The position numbers and the translations under genes are program-made. Under the pieces are notes generated by a model that was given only the letters and a program-made list of their open reading frames with translations, did not search any database and had not been told where the DNA came from. Positions 12,836-41,212 of a stretch of 64,000 bases of DNA are shown here, in pieces. Position 1 is the first letter of the stretch, and every line of letters starts with the position of its first letter. The stretch comes from Chrysomallon squamiferum (taxonomy: Eukaryota; Animalia; Mollusca), in NCBI GenBank assembly GCA_012295275.1, contig CM022670.1, positions 24,738,001-24,802,000 on the forward strand, in the 5' to 3' direction.

Positions 12836-13239
12836 TGGACAGGGAGTAAGCTATGTAATCCATACGGAAAACTGAAAGTTCTTTGAATTTATTCTTAATG
12901 GGTTTTCCTTCTGTATTTTTTATTATTTTTTTTTTTCCGCTATAGAAATATTTTTTAAATAGCAAGAAAAGAAATAAAAAAAAAAAAAAAAAAATAAATA
13001 AGAAATTAAAAAAATATATATTGTAACATTCAGAAACATTGTATAATGAATATTTTTTTATATTAGTTTTCAGCTGCGTAAATATCAATAAAGACGTGAT
13101 GTATTCAGAAGTAAAGACACACAAATGTTCTTACAAATGTGAATCATTCCATTCACAGACGTTTCTTTATGAGTATTTTATATTTATTTTAAACTTTCAT
13201 GAACACGAACAGCAATTTTATACAGATATATGATAAGAA

Positions 13240-13663
13240 GGTGACTTGAAAAAAAAAATCACAGGAAAAATGTCACAAGTTAATACAGGGGAAAATATTA
13301 CAAGTAGAAAAATAATATTTATATATCCAGTTCGCTGACTGTTAAAAGAAAGTGGTATGATAGTATGCTGTTGTTCAGTTTATTGACAAGGTTACTACCA
13401 CCCCTCAACCTGGCGAGTTGCTGAAGTGATTCAACGTTAGTAGGCAACAGTGAGAACCATCATCAAGCAGGATGCACTTGGTAACCCAACCCACCATGGC
13501 GACAGGTTCGTTGTGCAGCTTCAAAAGCCTTAACAATCTATGTGTGTCGAACGCATTTAGAAAGTTTCCGAGGAATAGGCTGGAACATCTGTTTTAACCA
13601 CCAACATCGAAAAATAAAGAACACTCATTGATAAAATATTTTATTTCTTAAAATGTTGTTTCC

Positions 13664-13738
<75 letters not shown>

Positions 13739-13780
13739 TTTTTTTCGTTGCCTTTTTTACCTGTGACTTCTTAGCCTACA
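13240..13780 (+). mobile_element. Internally deleted copy of the same MULE family
   Basis: The left end is GTGACTTGAAAA..TCACAGGAAAAATGTCACA. The internal GGTTACTACCACCCCTCAACCTGGCGAGTT (GYYHPSTWRV) matches 6553-6582, and ACCACCAACAT..AAAGAA matches about 6737-6760. The right end is CCTGTGACTT. Confidence 0.72.
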
Positions 13781-13825
13781 TTTTATGCATGAAGTACTTA
13801 TTTCTTTAAAAAAAGACAAAAATGT

Positions 13826-27329
<13,504 letters not shown>

Positions 27330-27376
27330 TATGTGACGACAACAACTGCAGCGTTTGTCAAGTGACAGGATAAAAG

Positions 27377-27387
27377 TATTTATATAA
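27377..27387 (-). promoter_or_regulatory. Candidate TATA box of CD36 paralog A
   Basis: The minus strand reads TTATATAAATA about 50 nt upstream of ATG 27329, in a CpG-containing context. Confidence 0.5.
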
Positions 27388-30335
27388 CCGGAATAATCAG
27401 TTGCGACACGTGGTAGAATAAATAATAAAATCCATGTAACTGAAATAATCGGGTCATGGTGACAGAGTAGCTGGACTTGAGCCTTATTAATTGTTGTCTC
27501 TTTCTGGTTTTATTTAAACACCAAATACGGTGTCTGCTATTTCACAAATGATCGATTTTGAAATACCCGTGAACTGACTGACCTAACCTTCGACTTTATC
27601 GTTATCATTAACAGACCATCTCGGTTAGCTTCTCAGTGAAAATTAGAATGATCTAATTCTGAAACATGTACAAGATGTACGTACATCTCGGATGTTTTTC
27701 GGCAGGACCCTTTTTTTTCGTCCCCGCTAAAATTGATGATTGTTCTGTTTTTTTTTTTTTTTTTTTGGTTTGTGATGCTGTTGTTTTGTTTGTCATTGAA
27801 CACTGAATTGCTGATTATCAGTAATGGTCATGGGACAGAAACGTGGCAGGTCTTCTAATCCAATGTTTACGAAATAAAGCAACTAACGATAAAATGTCGA
27901 TTAGACATTACGACCTGACGCAGTTAACGACAGCTTTATTGGTTCTTCACAAGATAGTGCGTGAACCAGACATGAAAGTGTCGTTTTGAGTACAAAATTG
28001 ATTAAAAGATAATATACGGATTTAAAAATTATAAAAATAAAAATAATAATAAAAATAAAATAAAATTATTTTGATGTCTAAAATAACCAAAAGGCATGGG
28101 GCAATGTTCCCGAAGTTGACGGTCGTTATATCATGACGACGTCGTAAAATGACGCGAACTACAACATAACCTCTGTTAGCCAAAATTGTCGTTACGGTGT
28201 CCTCTGTGTCGTGCATTCTTTGCGCTCGTACGTAGTTTGAACCCAAAATTTGGAGTTTAATATCAAATTGGTGAACAGATTAATTAATTTATATCTATTT
28301 TGTTCATTATATTATATCACAGTAAAAATGCATTACATTTTACTTATAACCAAGTATGTGATTTGCATAATTTGTCGTATATTATATTGCTACATATTGT
28401 GCTTGAATAAGACCAACAACAAGTTTGAATAAACATTTTGTAAATGTTGATATTATAATATTAATCCTATTCTGGTAAGTGACTCCTTTTGCTTAAATTG
28501 AAAAGATTTTCTTACATAGACAAAGATGAATATTTTCATACAGGCTGTACTGAGATGGTTCACTTGTCATATGTACAATATAATAAAGTAAAATACATAT
28601 TATCTTTCATTACAACAACAACAAAAAAATAATAATAATAATCTTTAATTATATTGTGTCTAATAGTAGCTTTAGTGACACAGACACAGAAAAATGTCAC
28701 GTTTCAACTATGTGCTGTTATAAAGAAGAAAGTTGTCTGAAAGTTAGAAAATGCTAGATTAAACTTTTTCATGGATGCCTTGTAAACAACTCTAGATAAT
28801 TCTGATAGAAATTTTGGCCTAAAGATGCTTTAATTAAAAACGTTAGTTTTATGTAGTATGCAGAATGTGCAGTGAATAAAGCTTTGGGAACATGGCCCCA
28901 AAAACAGTAGTTACCTACCCTTTGATGACTACACTTTTGACCAAAATACAGAAATCCAGATATGGCAGTATGTCCAGGACTCGCAATTCATATTATTTAT
29001 AAGCAAGCAGTTTTCACTGCTTTATTCAATTTGTTTATTATTCTGTATTTGTTGATACATAATTTTCTTCTATTTAATTAATACTGAGCAAAATGAAGGA
29101 AACTGAATAAAAAATACCAAGCTGCTTTCTTCATTTCTTTTTTTCATTTTTTCACATAGCATGGTCCAAGAAACAGTTAAGATCTTGCTCATATTTTAAA
29201 TGTAAGATCTGTCTTAATGAAGTATAAATGTAATAAGCAATTTACAGGCTTCAGTTATTGTCTTGATTAGGTTTTGCAAGGTTTTACGAATCAATCATTT
29301 TGGTATTCAATTTGATGATGATGATACAGAATAAAATGATATTTTTAAGAGAAACATTTTGGTGACTAAAACACATTTATATATTCAGTTAACTTGATTA
29401 CAAGATGAACAACATAAAATTCAAACAAAATGTTTTAAATCAATTTATTAATATAAAAGAAACCATAATATAAACACACCTTTTGAGAATTTCATTGTTA
29501 CGTATCTTGTATCACATGATGCATAAGATATTAAAAACTAGAGATTAGGAGAAATAATATGGAAATTCAAATAAATAAAAGAGATAATAATGATACTTTC
29601 ATAATTTTAATGAAAATAAAGTGCTTCAAAATCTAAGTAGTAATATACATGTTTGCAAGAAAATTAAGAAACTGAAATAAAAATGAAACAAAATAAATTG
29701 GATATTATCAGCTGTTCTGATGTTAGTGTTGTATTTCACAAAATTTAATGTAAAACAGCAAAACTTCTCTAGTAATAAGATGTGAACACAGAACAAGATT
29801 AATAATTCTTCTCAATTTGGTTATGCTACATTTTAATCACAAACTGATGATGTACGTAAAAAGTATATAAAATGCACATCGTTAAATGCACTTCAGGAAT
29901 ACAAAATAATTATTACCAAAACAAAATAAACAAAGATAACAGTATTATTCAGAGAACAATATTAATATAAAATCACACACAATCATCTTATAAATGATAG
30001 GACTAGTGAATTTATTTGATTCAGGAGATTGACAATACTGAGCTGATACTTACTCTATCTTTAAAATACTTTAAAAAACAACAACAGTTTTTTCACTTCT
30101 CTGAACAAGGCCTCCCCATTCTACAAACACATCTGGAGGGTATTCATGCACACATTATTTGTATTATGTCATCTCCTGTGACAGTGATAACAGCAAATAT
30201 CGTAATAGAATGATCTAACAAATCTATGCTAAAGATTCGGAGGATAAAAAATTAAGTATTCACATTTAATAGTAAGTGGTAAAATCAATTTATGCTGTAA
30301 AATCAATTGTAAAATATTTCTTTGAACTGTCAAAC

Positions 30336-30374
<39 letters not shown>

Positions 30375-31366
30375 TATATATAATATTAAAAATAATGTAA
30401 AGAAAGGAATCAAATGGAAGTAAAAATAATAATAATAATAATTACAATACTAGATAAAAAAAAAAAAAAAAATACAGGTTACAGTAAGATATTTCATTCT
30501 CTCTGAATTTTATAAATATCCTTATTTATTTATTAAAAAACACACAGTAACACAGTAACTACAAAAATATAAAACAAAACTTACAAATCTAATCAAACTA
30601 TTTTTACACATGTATTTCTTTTAACAAAATATAATATTAATTAAAAACAAAAATATTGTATACATTGGAAATGTTATTTTATGAATTTTAGTGGTAACTA
30701 ATTTTAAAAACACATAGTGGTGAAGGCACTAATTTCAAAAAGGAATGTATGAAATATCATAACGAACAGATTAGTTTTACTTTTGGAAAAATATGGTTTG
30801 ATTTTTACAGTGTACTCAGTAGAACCTATCCTTTTCACTAAGTGAAGTATACTGTCTTCCATGGCCAACACTGGACTCTTTTTGAAATGAGCCAAAAACA
30901 GATGTCTTTGAAATGAATTATATCTTTTATTGCAACAATGTCACTAGTCTTCAAACAGTAATCATAAACATAAACAAATTTATTCAGTGGATATCATTTC
31001 TACCAGAACCGGTATTTTATTAAATAAAATATATGCAAAATAAAAAAAATAATATTGTTTTTTTTTTTTTTTTTTTTTTTAAATCATCAATTTTGGTATG
31101 AGGCATTTGCCTCATATGGTCATGCCTTCACTAATATTTACTACAAACCATATTAATGGCTTCAGTTAAAAGATACTGCAATGATTATCTTTTCCTTGAT
31201 CCAGTAAAATCTCCAAATATAAATGTCTGATTAAATAAGACTGCATAATATGATAGTGAGCCAAAGCTGTTTTTTGTACACAGATTCTTCTTATTGTTAT
31301 TTTAACGCTACCATTAATTAACACATTTAATTATCAGAAAAAATAATAATGATAATAATTTTGTGA

Positions 31367-31406
<40 letters not shown>

Positions 31407-33520
31407 TGGAAGGAACACTCAAATAATACCAATAAACATTTTCAAATAACGGGGAATTCAATAAACATTACAGTTTTTAAAGTTGCATAGTTTATTACAC
31501 AAGTTCTGGCAGTGACTCAGTAGTCAGGAACTCATTTAGCACAAACAGTATCAAATTTTTTTTAAAAATAATATCAAATTTATAAATCATACAATCATAC
31601 TAAATCACTGGGCTGACTAGAATGTAGTCACTTAAACACTGCTGTACTAAACATACACCCCCAACAAAAAACAACAAAACACTTGCTATTCTTGGAAGAA
31701 TGTTTTCAAAAAACAAAGCAGAGGCATTCATTTCAATAAGAAAAAAAACAACTAATCTATAAAATGAAAAATAATAATAATTTTAAAATGTTATAAACAA
31801 TATTAACAAAAACATGATTATATTTAAAAGCAAAAAATTTACAATATGAAGTATTCAAAAAAAGAAAGAAATAGGTATATGTTAAATTTGAAACAAACTG
31901 TTTCAATACACATCCAATACATTTGTTCATAAGCTAATATGGAGGATCTATGAGTAAATTTGCAGGGTTAAGTTATAAGCCAGAAACAAAAGACTGTAAT
32001 GTTATTCTTTATTCACAGCTGTCAGCTGATAAAATAAAAAACTAAATTTGACAAAATTATGATTATAAAATATAAAATTTGGAGAAAAGCACATTGGCAT
32101 ACTCTAACAAAAAAAACAAAAAAAACATCATTTAATAAAAAAGACCAAAGAATCAATGATTTTATTGTAACCTTTGTTTGACACAAATTCAGATCCAGAA
32201 ATCAGTGTCAATAAAATCTAAAACTTTAAATCAAAGTAAATTAAAATTAAAATTAAAATTAAAAAAAAATTAAAAATATATAAATAAATAAATAAATAAA
32301 TAATAATCTTAATGATATTTAAAAATGTGGATATTCCTTCAGAACCTACCAAAACACAAAACATTCTTTCCTTCTTCTTCTTTTACTTTTTTCTTTTTTA
32401 CATTTTAGTTAAATAATTTACTGCAACATTAATTGCATTACAATAAATTTAGCATTCAGCAATTTCAGCTAATTATTCAAAATATATTATTATAAAATAT
32501 AGAAATTGTAAAAAATTAATTTTCAGAAATTAATACATTTTTATATTAAGATTCAATCCTTTTTCTGTATTTGAATTTATGCAAGATCATTGAACATAAA
32601 AGGAAAATAAATAAAGAATTTAAAAAAAATTAAAAATTGAAACTAAAAAGATTATTGAATTACAGTAGCAAATTACAGCAAAAAAATAAATTGTATAGAA
32701 AGTTAAAAGTTTTAAGCTTTGTTAAAAAAAATATAGAAATAGAGAGGTTAAATATTTTTAAATTCTTTTAAAACTTGTTCAGAAGTTGCTCTATCATATA
32801 ATGAGCTGCTGAGTAACTACTATTTGTTATTTTCATTAATTACATTATATATATTATTAATTTCTTATACATATTTAAAGTGTATCTCTGGCATTACAAA
32901 TAAACAATGTTATAAAATGCTTTCTACTTCCAAGTTATTATTTTATCATTTTGCATGACTTGTCATCATTAATAACAAAGTACGTCAATAAAATAATATT
33001 GTTACAAAACATATGAAAACAATGATTTGATGCCCTCAGGTCTGCAGTCATGTATGACTGACAGCTGTGTTTTTCCTGACAACATTTGAAGAAACTAGAG
33101 AAAATCAGTTCACTCTATATACGATGACGAAAAATGGCAGCAACTGGATTTTTGAAAATTGTATCTTTTATTACTATACCACATTATTAATTATGATAGA
33201 CCAGGAAAAACGAAATAAATAAATAAATAAAGTATAATAATAATAATAATATCAATATTATGTTATTTTCACATATATTATTTGACAATCCATAATATAA
33301 TCTCATAGGTAAGTTTAGTGTTATTTATAAATCTTTCATACATGAAACAAACAGAGTTATTTAACAAAACAAAATAAGTGCAAACGCTTTAAAAGAAAAT
33401 TAATTATTAATGGATCTACTAAGACAAGATATTCAAAGATTTTTTTAACATTCAGTTTTCAGTTTTTCTTACTTATTTCTTGAAAACGGTCTGTTAGTAG
33501 TTGGTGTTTTTTTCATTCTG

Positions 33521-34271
33521 TCACTGAAGTAGTGGCTGTTTTTCATCCACATCCATCAGTTTTGGAGACTACAAACAAGTGAAAACAAATATATAAATAA
33601 ATAATCCTAAGGCCACATAAAATAAATTGTTCGATTATCATCAGATGTTTTGGCTGAAAAGCACTGTTGCAATTTATATTTTATAATTTATAGTCAAATG
33701 TTTGGAGAATCGGAAGATTCTCAACAGAGTTGTTTCTTTAAAGTAAAGTATATCAGAGCATTTTATAATTTATAATCTTTAATAAATTTTCTCTTGTACA
33801 ACTAACTTAATTGCCCCTGTCCATGCCTCCTATTAATTTTAAAATTTTGTGAACAAAACAATGCATCCACAATATAGTTTATAACAAAATAACATTGGTG
33901 AGAACCAAGTAATTTGTTTTATGTGGCCTACAAAACAGTAAATAAGACGTATTTGAAATGGCATGCTGTGTGTACTGTGTCACAAAACAATGCTTATTAA
34001 ATCATCTTACCTCTTTACACAGTAATCTTTTGGCACTGACTGCCAACACACAGACCAAGATAAAGACACCAACTGCTATCAGTCCATACTGAACTGCTTT
34101 TGTCATCTTTATTGGTCCCATCACCAGTGACTTGAATTTACTGGCACTTTTGTTATCAATTTCAGCATTCTGAAATATTATTTAAAACAAAAAATTATAA
34201 TAAGAAATTAATTCATTAGATATTAGTTTTTTGTGTTTTCTATCAGTAATTGACCAAAGATAACTAACCTG

Positions 34272-34317
<46 letters not shown>

Positions 34318-36600
34318 TTCACACAAATATTTTAAAATAAACAAATGTGTATATACAAATAAAAAAAAAAAAATTTAACAGTAACATTAGTTAGTCATCC
34401 TGTTTGCTCATTTTAAATTATTTGATTTACCTCACTTAGCCATAACACTGGAAATATAATAGGTTTTTTTATCTTCAGTGTTTCCCTGAAAGACAAGAAC
34501 AATACTAAAGTAAGTAACAGTGATATTCATCATTCAGTTCTGAAAATATATTGTATTCAGTGATATTTTAATAATACAATGGATAATAATTAACTGTAAG
34601 TCTTTCAGTTTTTGTATAATCTTAACAATACATTTTATTCTGTATTACAGTCAATTTATTGTGAAAACAAATTTTAAATTAAAAAACATAATAATAACAA
34701 AATAGAGAAAAACATTAAACATATACACAAACAAATATTTTTTTCAAGAAAATAATTTAAGTAGAAGGAAAACTGTATGACACGTTTTGTTTATCTTTCT
34801 TAAAAGGTTAATTATTTTTGTAAAGAAAAATATAAAATAAGCCAAAACTAACTTGATGTGATCAATTTTTTGCACATAAATATTAATCTGAATTTTCTTT
34901 GCAGCATTCATTACCACACCAGTAATCTGTAAACACAAAACAATAACCAAAATAAAAAAAAATTCTTCATAACAAAAACTGTATAAAAAATACAACTAAA
35001 GATGATACAGATATAAGCAAAATAATTTTTTAAAAATGTACACAATAAATAACACAATACAATCACTGAACTGTGAACAAGACAAGCATAATTGTAATTT
35101 GCATTGAATCAAAATAACAAAAACATAACAAAAAAGACAACTTGATAAATGCTGCTGGAATACAGTTGTCATCAAATATATAATTTACACAACAAAGGCA
35201 TAACAAGAGCAGCAAAATTACAATTTAAACAAGACAATTATAACCAAAATAAACATCATTACAATTATAACCAAAATAAACATCATTACAATTTAAACAA
35301 TATAATACAATACAACCAAAAACAGTGTAAATATTAACAGTATAACACTTTTTTATGGGTTTTTTAACAACCTGGTATAATTATTATATTAGGTTGGGCT
35401 GTTTTTACTTTTTGTTCAATGTATAATTTCTAAAAGTAATGTTAACTTACTGGTTCAATATCAAGATAAGTTTGATGTTCTTTAAGATTTGGTTGCATTC
35501 CCTCAACACCTTTCAAAACACTCTGATCAGCAAACAGGAAGTGTGGTGATGAGAAGAAAACTGGTGCGTCTGAATAAAAAAAATAAAAATATAAAATATA
35601 AAAAAATAAAAAATAAAAAATAAAAAATTACCAAATCAGTAACCAGTGAAAAATTAGATAGCGATTCAGCTTCATAATATAAACAGTCTTTGGCAGCACT
35701 GTGCCATAATCCAAGCAAATTAGAAATACAGGGTAATATTTCATAAATAAACAAGAACAAATTATTAAATGCCCCCCAAAAATCCATTCTGAGATATATC
35801 GCAGAATGGAATAATGTATATAATTACTCACACATTCACAACTGTCAACACACCCTCAGTCACTATATCTCTCACACATTCATAGTAACTATCTCTCACA
35901 CATTCATTGTAACTACATCTCACACACATTCACTTAACTATCTCACACAATATTCACAATAACTATCTCTCAAAACTATTTTTCAAAAATACTGACAATA
36001 ATTATTTATGGCATATTGGTAACAACTATCTCTCACACAAACTTTCACAATAACCATTTCATTCATATATTTTCACAATGACTATCTCTGACACATTCAT
36101 AAGAACTATCTCTCACACACTTTCACAGTAACTATCTCTCGCATACTTTCACAATAAGTATCTCACACATTCACAATATCTCTCTCACACACACAGTAAC
36201 TATCTCCAACATATTCACAGAAACTATTCCTCATACTTTCACAATAACTTTCTCTCACATACACACAATAATTGTTTTTCACATGTTCATAACACTAAGT
36301 AAGTTAGGGTATGAAACAGTAAATAACACACACACCATTTTTGCAGACACTAGCATTGAGAACACCTCCTGGATTGCAATCTGAAGTGTCTGACAGATTT
36401 GCATATGGTGTACAGAATCCAATGTTGTTTGGATTAACAGACACATTCCGGAAAGAGCTTGGTGGTACAACATATCTTTTCAGACCAATGTCCTTCACTG
36501 TGTGATCAACTTTGTAGTTAACCTTCAGTGACCTGCAAAAACCCCAACAATAATACTAATTTCATTGTGTCCAAAACTATTAATAATAATAAAATTAAAT

Positions 36601-36631
<31 letters not shown>

Positions 36632-37490
36632 AAAAATAAAAATAAAAATAAAAATAAAAATAAAAATAAAAATAAAATAAAATAAAATAAAATAAAATAA
36701 AATAAATTAAAATAAAAACAAAAACAAAAACAAAAATAAAAATAAAATAAAATAAAATAAAATAAAAACAAAAATAAAATAATAAATATTAAAGTTTTTG
36801 ATGTTCATACATCAGTATTTTGCAATTACAATGAAATGTCTCAGCAAGGAACAGAATCTTGACCAAGTAAAAAGTTCAGCTTGCAGAGGTGTTTAATTTC
36901 ATGAGGTTTTACATTTAGCTACATGATAATTCATTTAGTTTTGGAGAAATTTTGATTTAGTTTTGAGAGGTAATCAGAAACTGTAGCAGTCTTCACTTAC
37001 AAACATACAGTAAAGATGGTATTATTTTCCATTAAAAAATTAAATCTCAGAACTGACTTTTTGTAATCATTGGAGAAACTAAAATCTAAATTTTAAAACA
37101 TCTTCTGTAACCATTCTTTCTGATAACCTAGAATTTTAGTTGTTGTTTTCTAAGTACTGGAATGCATTTTACCACAGACAACAGCAAGATTATACCATGG
37201 TTATTCATGGTTAGTAAATGCAAAGTATAATATTTTTTCACATTTTAAAAAATGGGTCTGAAAACAAAAAATTGTTTAGGTAGATTTTGGATGATTCAGT
37301 GACCCAGGTTTATAGTTAAAATAGAGACACAAATTAGTACAGTGCTCTGTATATAAAAAAAAAGCTTAAACAACCATATGTCATATTTCTTCCAAAAAAA
37401 TATTTTACAAACCTGCAAACATCTGATGCATACAAATACAAGGGCTGTGATGTGTCTATGAATGGAGGGAACATGGTACCATCTGTCAAA

Positions 37491-37527
<37 letters not shown>

Positions 37528-40500
37528 TATTTTCTAAATTTACATTTGCTAAATATATAAAACTCTTCATAAAGATATATCAAAGGCCCTGTATATTAAC
37601 ATTTAAAAGTGTGTGTGTGTGCATGTATATGATAAAAGGTTAGCAAAAGAAAGGAAAGAAAAACTGTATTATAAACACGTTTCATTCTTGATATTTCTAA
37701 AACAATGTAACGATCTGAAAAATGTTTGTTGTGTGAATACAAAACAATAAATTAAAAAGCAGTATTAATTTTAATTTATCTATTACCTGAACCATTTAAC
37801 ATATTTGCGTATGGAGTGGACCACCAATTCAAAGAACTGAAACCAAAACAAAAATTAAGTTTTTTTAAAACACTGAGCACAAAGAAAAAAGATTAAAGTA
37901 GAGCATCATCAACCAAATAATTTTACATTCACTTTTATTTCAGTGAAACTCACTCCCATATACATAACTAGTGTGTCTAAATGGGTATCTGTTGGGGGTC
38001 ATGGGCAAGTGCATACATGTATGTATTAACTCACCCTCCAGTCTAATGCTTATATACATTATCACATATACATTCATATATATTATCAATTAAAAATCTG
38101 ATAATTATCTAATAACCATTATAACAACAGCCATCACTGATATGGAAAAATTAAACTGCATTTTTGACCCCATAATTAACAATTATTAGTTTCATAACAA
38201 TGAAACTATAGGATAATAATAATTTTATTTCAACTGTAAACAATTATTACAGTATCCTGTAAAATAATGAAATTGAAAACTAAGCCCTTATTTTTATTTT
38301 ATCTGACTAACTGTGATGAAGGTAATATTATACCTGTTGAAATTCCAATTTGCAATTACTCCAAACTTAGAGATATCATCTGCACCAGTGTAAACATTAT
38401 ACACTCCATCATCAGTCCCATTTTTCTGTTAAAAATGAAAGATAAACAATTTCTGCCTCAGTCTTTTTTTTTAAATATTTTTTATTATAAAGCAATATTT
38501 TAAAAGTATTAATCTGTTTTCATAATTTCAAGAAACTCTAGTTTCTGGGGGGTTTTGTAATAAAATATCAGAAGAGCCATCACAAAGTTTTCAAAAAGAT
38601 TTTGTCACATGCAAATGAAAAGAAACTTATATCTACCTAAACACATCAGTAATAAAAAATAATCAAATGAAAAAATGAAAAATATGAATACTCATCTTTA
38701 GAAAATTTACAAGATTAACTTTTTCTTGGGTTTAAAAAACAACATAAAAATTAAAAAAAAAAATTAATAATAATAATAAAAAAATAAAATAAAAACCAAT
38801 GTGTGATATATATATATATATATAATATTTATGCATACATGTTAATAAATACACATTGAAGGAATATCTGGAACACTCACCCCATAGAACAAACCGAAAT
38901 GATCATCAATGGGTATTGCTTTATGAGTAACATTATATATGAAATCTTCTACTTCCTTGACCAAAGGGACTTCGTAACCCCACAGTAAATCTTCTACACT
39001 TAGTTCATTAAACAAATGTACATCAGGAAACATATCCAACAAAAGCTGAAACATTTCTTTGACAGTATCATACTCGAAACGAATAATGTTCAGAATTGTC
39101 TGAAAAAAAGAAATATAATTTGTAATAATATATCAGTCTATTTGATCACTGTATGTACGGTAAAATTGATATTTTCAAACATACAGATATGTATTAAATT
39201 ATTAAAGTATGTCGTAACAGAAATAAAATACAGTAAATTAGTTATATATGTTTAGAAATATAATTATAAATATAAAAGAAAAGAAAACAACAACAAAAAA
39301 AAGGGTTTCATTCTCTCTAATTTATTTCCCTTCTTCAGGACAGGAGCATATGAAGTTAGTTATATACATTGTCTGATGTGAATAACTTTTAATAAAAACA
39401 CACATACTGAAATGAAATTCATTAACAACTTACCACTAGTGGAATATTCAATGTTGTAAATGTGTCATTTTCAGGACCTACTGACATTTCCGGTACAAAC
39501 GTGTAAGTTCTATCTTGTATGTATGTTACCGTTCCATTTTCCTTGACAAACTCTACATTCTTCTTTTTTCTGTGTTCTCTGTCAAAATAAAAAATAAAAA
39601 AATGTTATATTACTATGATAAAATAATAGTAATGATAGTTTTCTCCTATATGTAACAAAAAAGTGCAAATAGACAAAACAACAACAATTTATTATAGCAA
39701 ACTGTTTAAAGAACAGACCTATAATCACATTTGTAATTGAATTATGAATAAAAATATGCTTGTAAAACTAAACCAAAACTTTCATCTGTCTAATAAAATA
39801 ATCTTGTAACAAAAATAAACTCAGTTTGAAAAAGATACACATTTTTGTGTCACATTTATTTGGACGTTATGATTATAAGCTTATAAATTTAAATATCAAT
39901 AAACTGTAAACATATTTTTCATCATTCACTGAAAATGCTTAGGACTAAATATTGCCTGAATTTAGTAACTTAAAGAGATAATGTAAGAAAGTGACAAACA
40001 ATTAAACTTGAAATTCATTTTTATTCAAACCTACACGCATATTTATATCTGTATAAAAAAAAGCAAATGTGTCTTTCTGTGTTTGCCAAAAATACTGACA
40101 AAATTGATTTAAACCGTGGTGAATATGACATTGGTTGGGACTATGATGTTGATGATGATTATTCTGTTGCAAATATCAGTGGTGTTCACCATTATATTTA
40201 TTATATCTTTAAAATACACCGAAAATCTATATAAATAATTCTTTCATGGTCAGCTCTATGTTGCATATTCAAGAGATGGAAATAATTTATTCATCCTCTA
40301 TATCAGTGGAAAACACAGACTACAGTATACTATGCACTAAACAAATTGTACTTTGTAGCATTTTCTCTATTAAATTGTTTACAAATTAAAACACATTTTT
40401 TCTTATTATTCTAAACTCTTAGTTATATGGGCCAAAGGCCCCCTTTCAAGCTTGCAATAAACAAAAATTTTGAAGAACTGTATTTTTTTAACCTGTATGT

Positions 40501-41174
40501 ATACGGTCCTTTCTCTTCCAGTACAGGCGTGGCACCTGCTGACACTATTTCATAATGATTAACAACGTCAAACACCCACACTTGAAAATAAATTGGTGCA
40601 GGAGGGGAAATCCAGTCTTTGTAAGTATCACTTCTGTTGCTAAGTGGTATTTTCTGAAAATGTTTTAAATATTTATAATACTTAATAAATTTAATGATAG
40701 TTAAAAAAAATAATAATAAAATAAAAAAAAAAAAATAAATAATTGGTTTAGACTATATGTTAATTATATAATCTAAGCAATATTCATACAAGTAAAATAT
40801 TAATATTTTTTAATAATAAGTATAATGTTCATTTCATTTTTTTATTGTTGTATCTTACTGCAAACAATTCTGACATTTCAAGAATATATTTATAATTATG
40901 ATATAGAGACTTTGTCATTTGTTATAAACTGATTCACAATAAACATATTATGTATGACGTGGTTAAAAAAAAAAAAAAAAAAAAATAATAATTCTATATT
41001 CTTTGTAAAGTTCAACAGCATCCTACCTGATGGTTTAAACACTGTTAAAGTTAATTAGAAATAATCAAACAATCATCAGATAATGTAATAATAAGATTAA
41101 ATAATGATAAAATGTGTTCTCTTGATATGTTAATTAGAAAAACATTCAATAATTGTTTCTGTTGTATATTAAGA

Positions 41175-41212
<38 letters not shown>

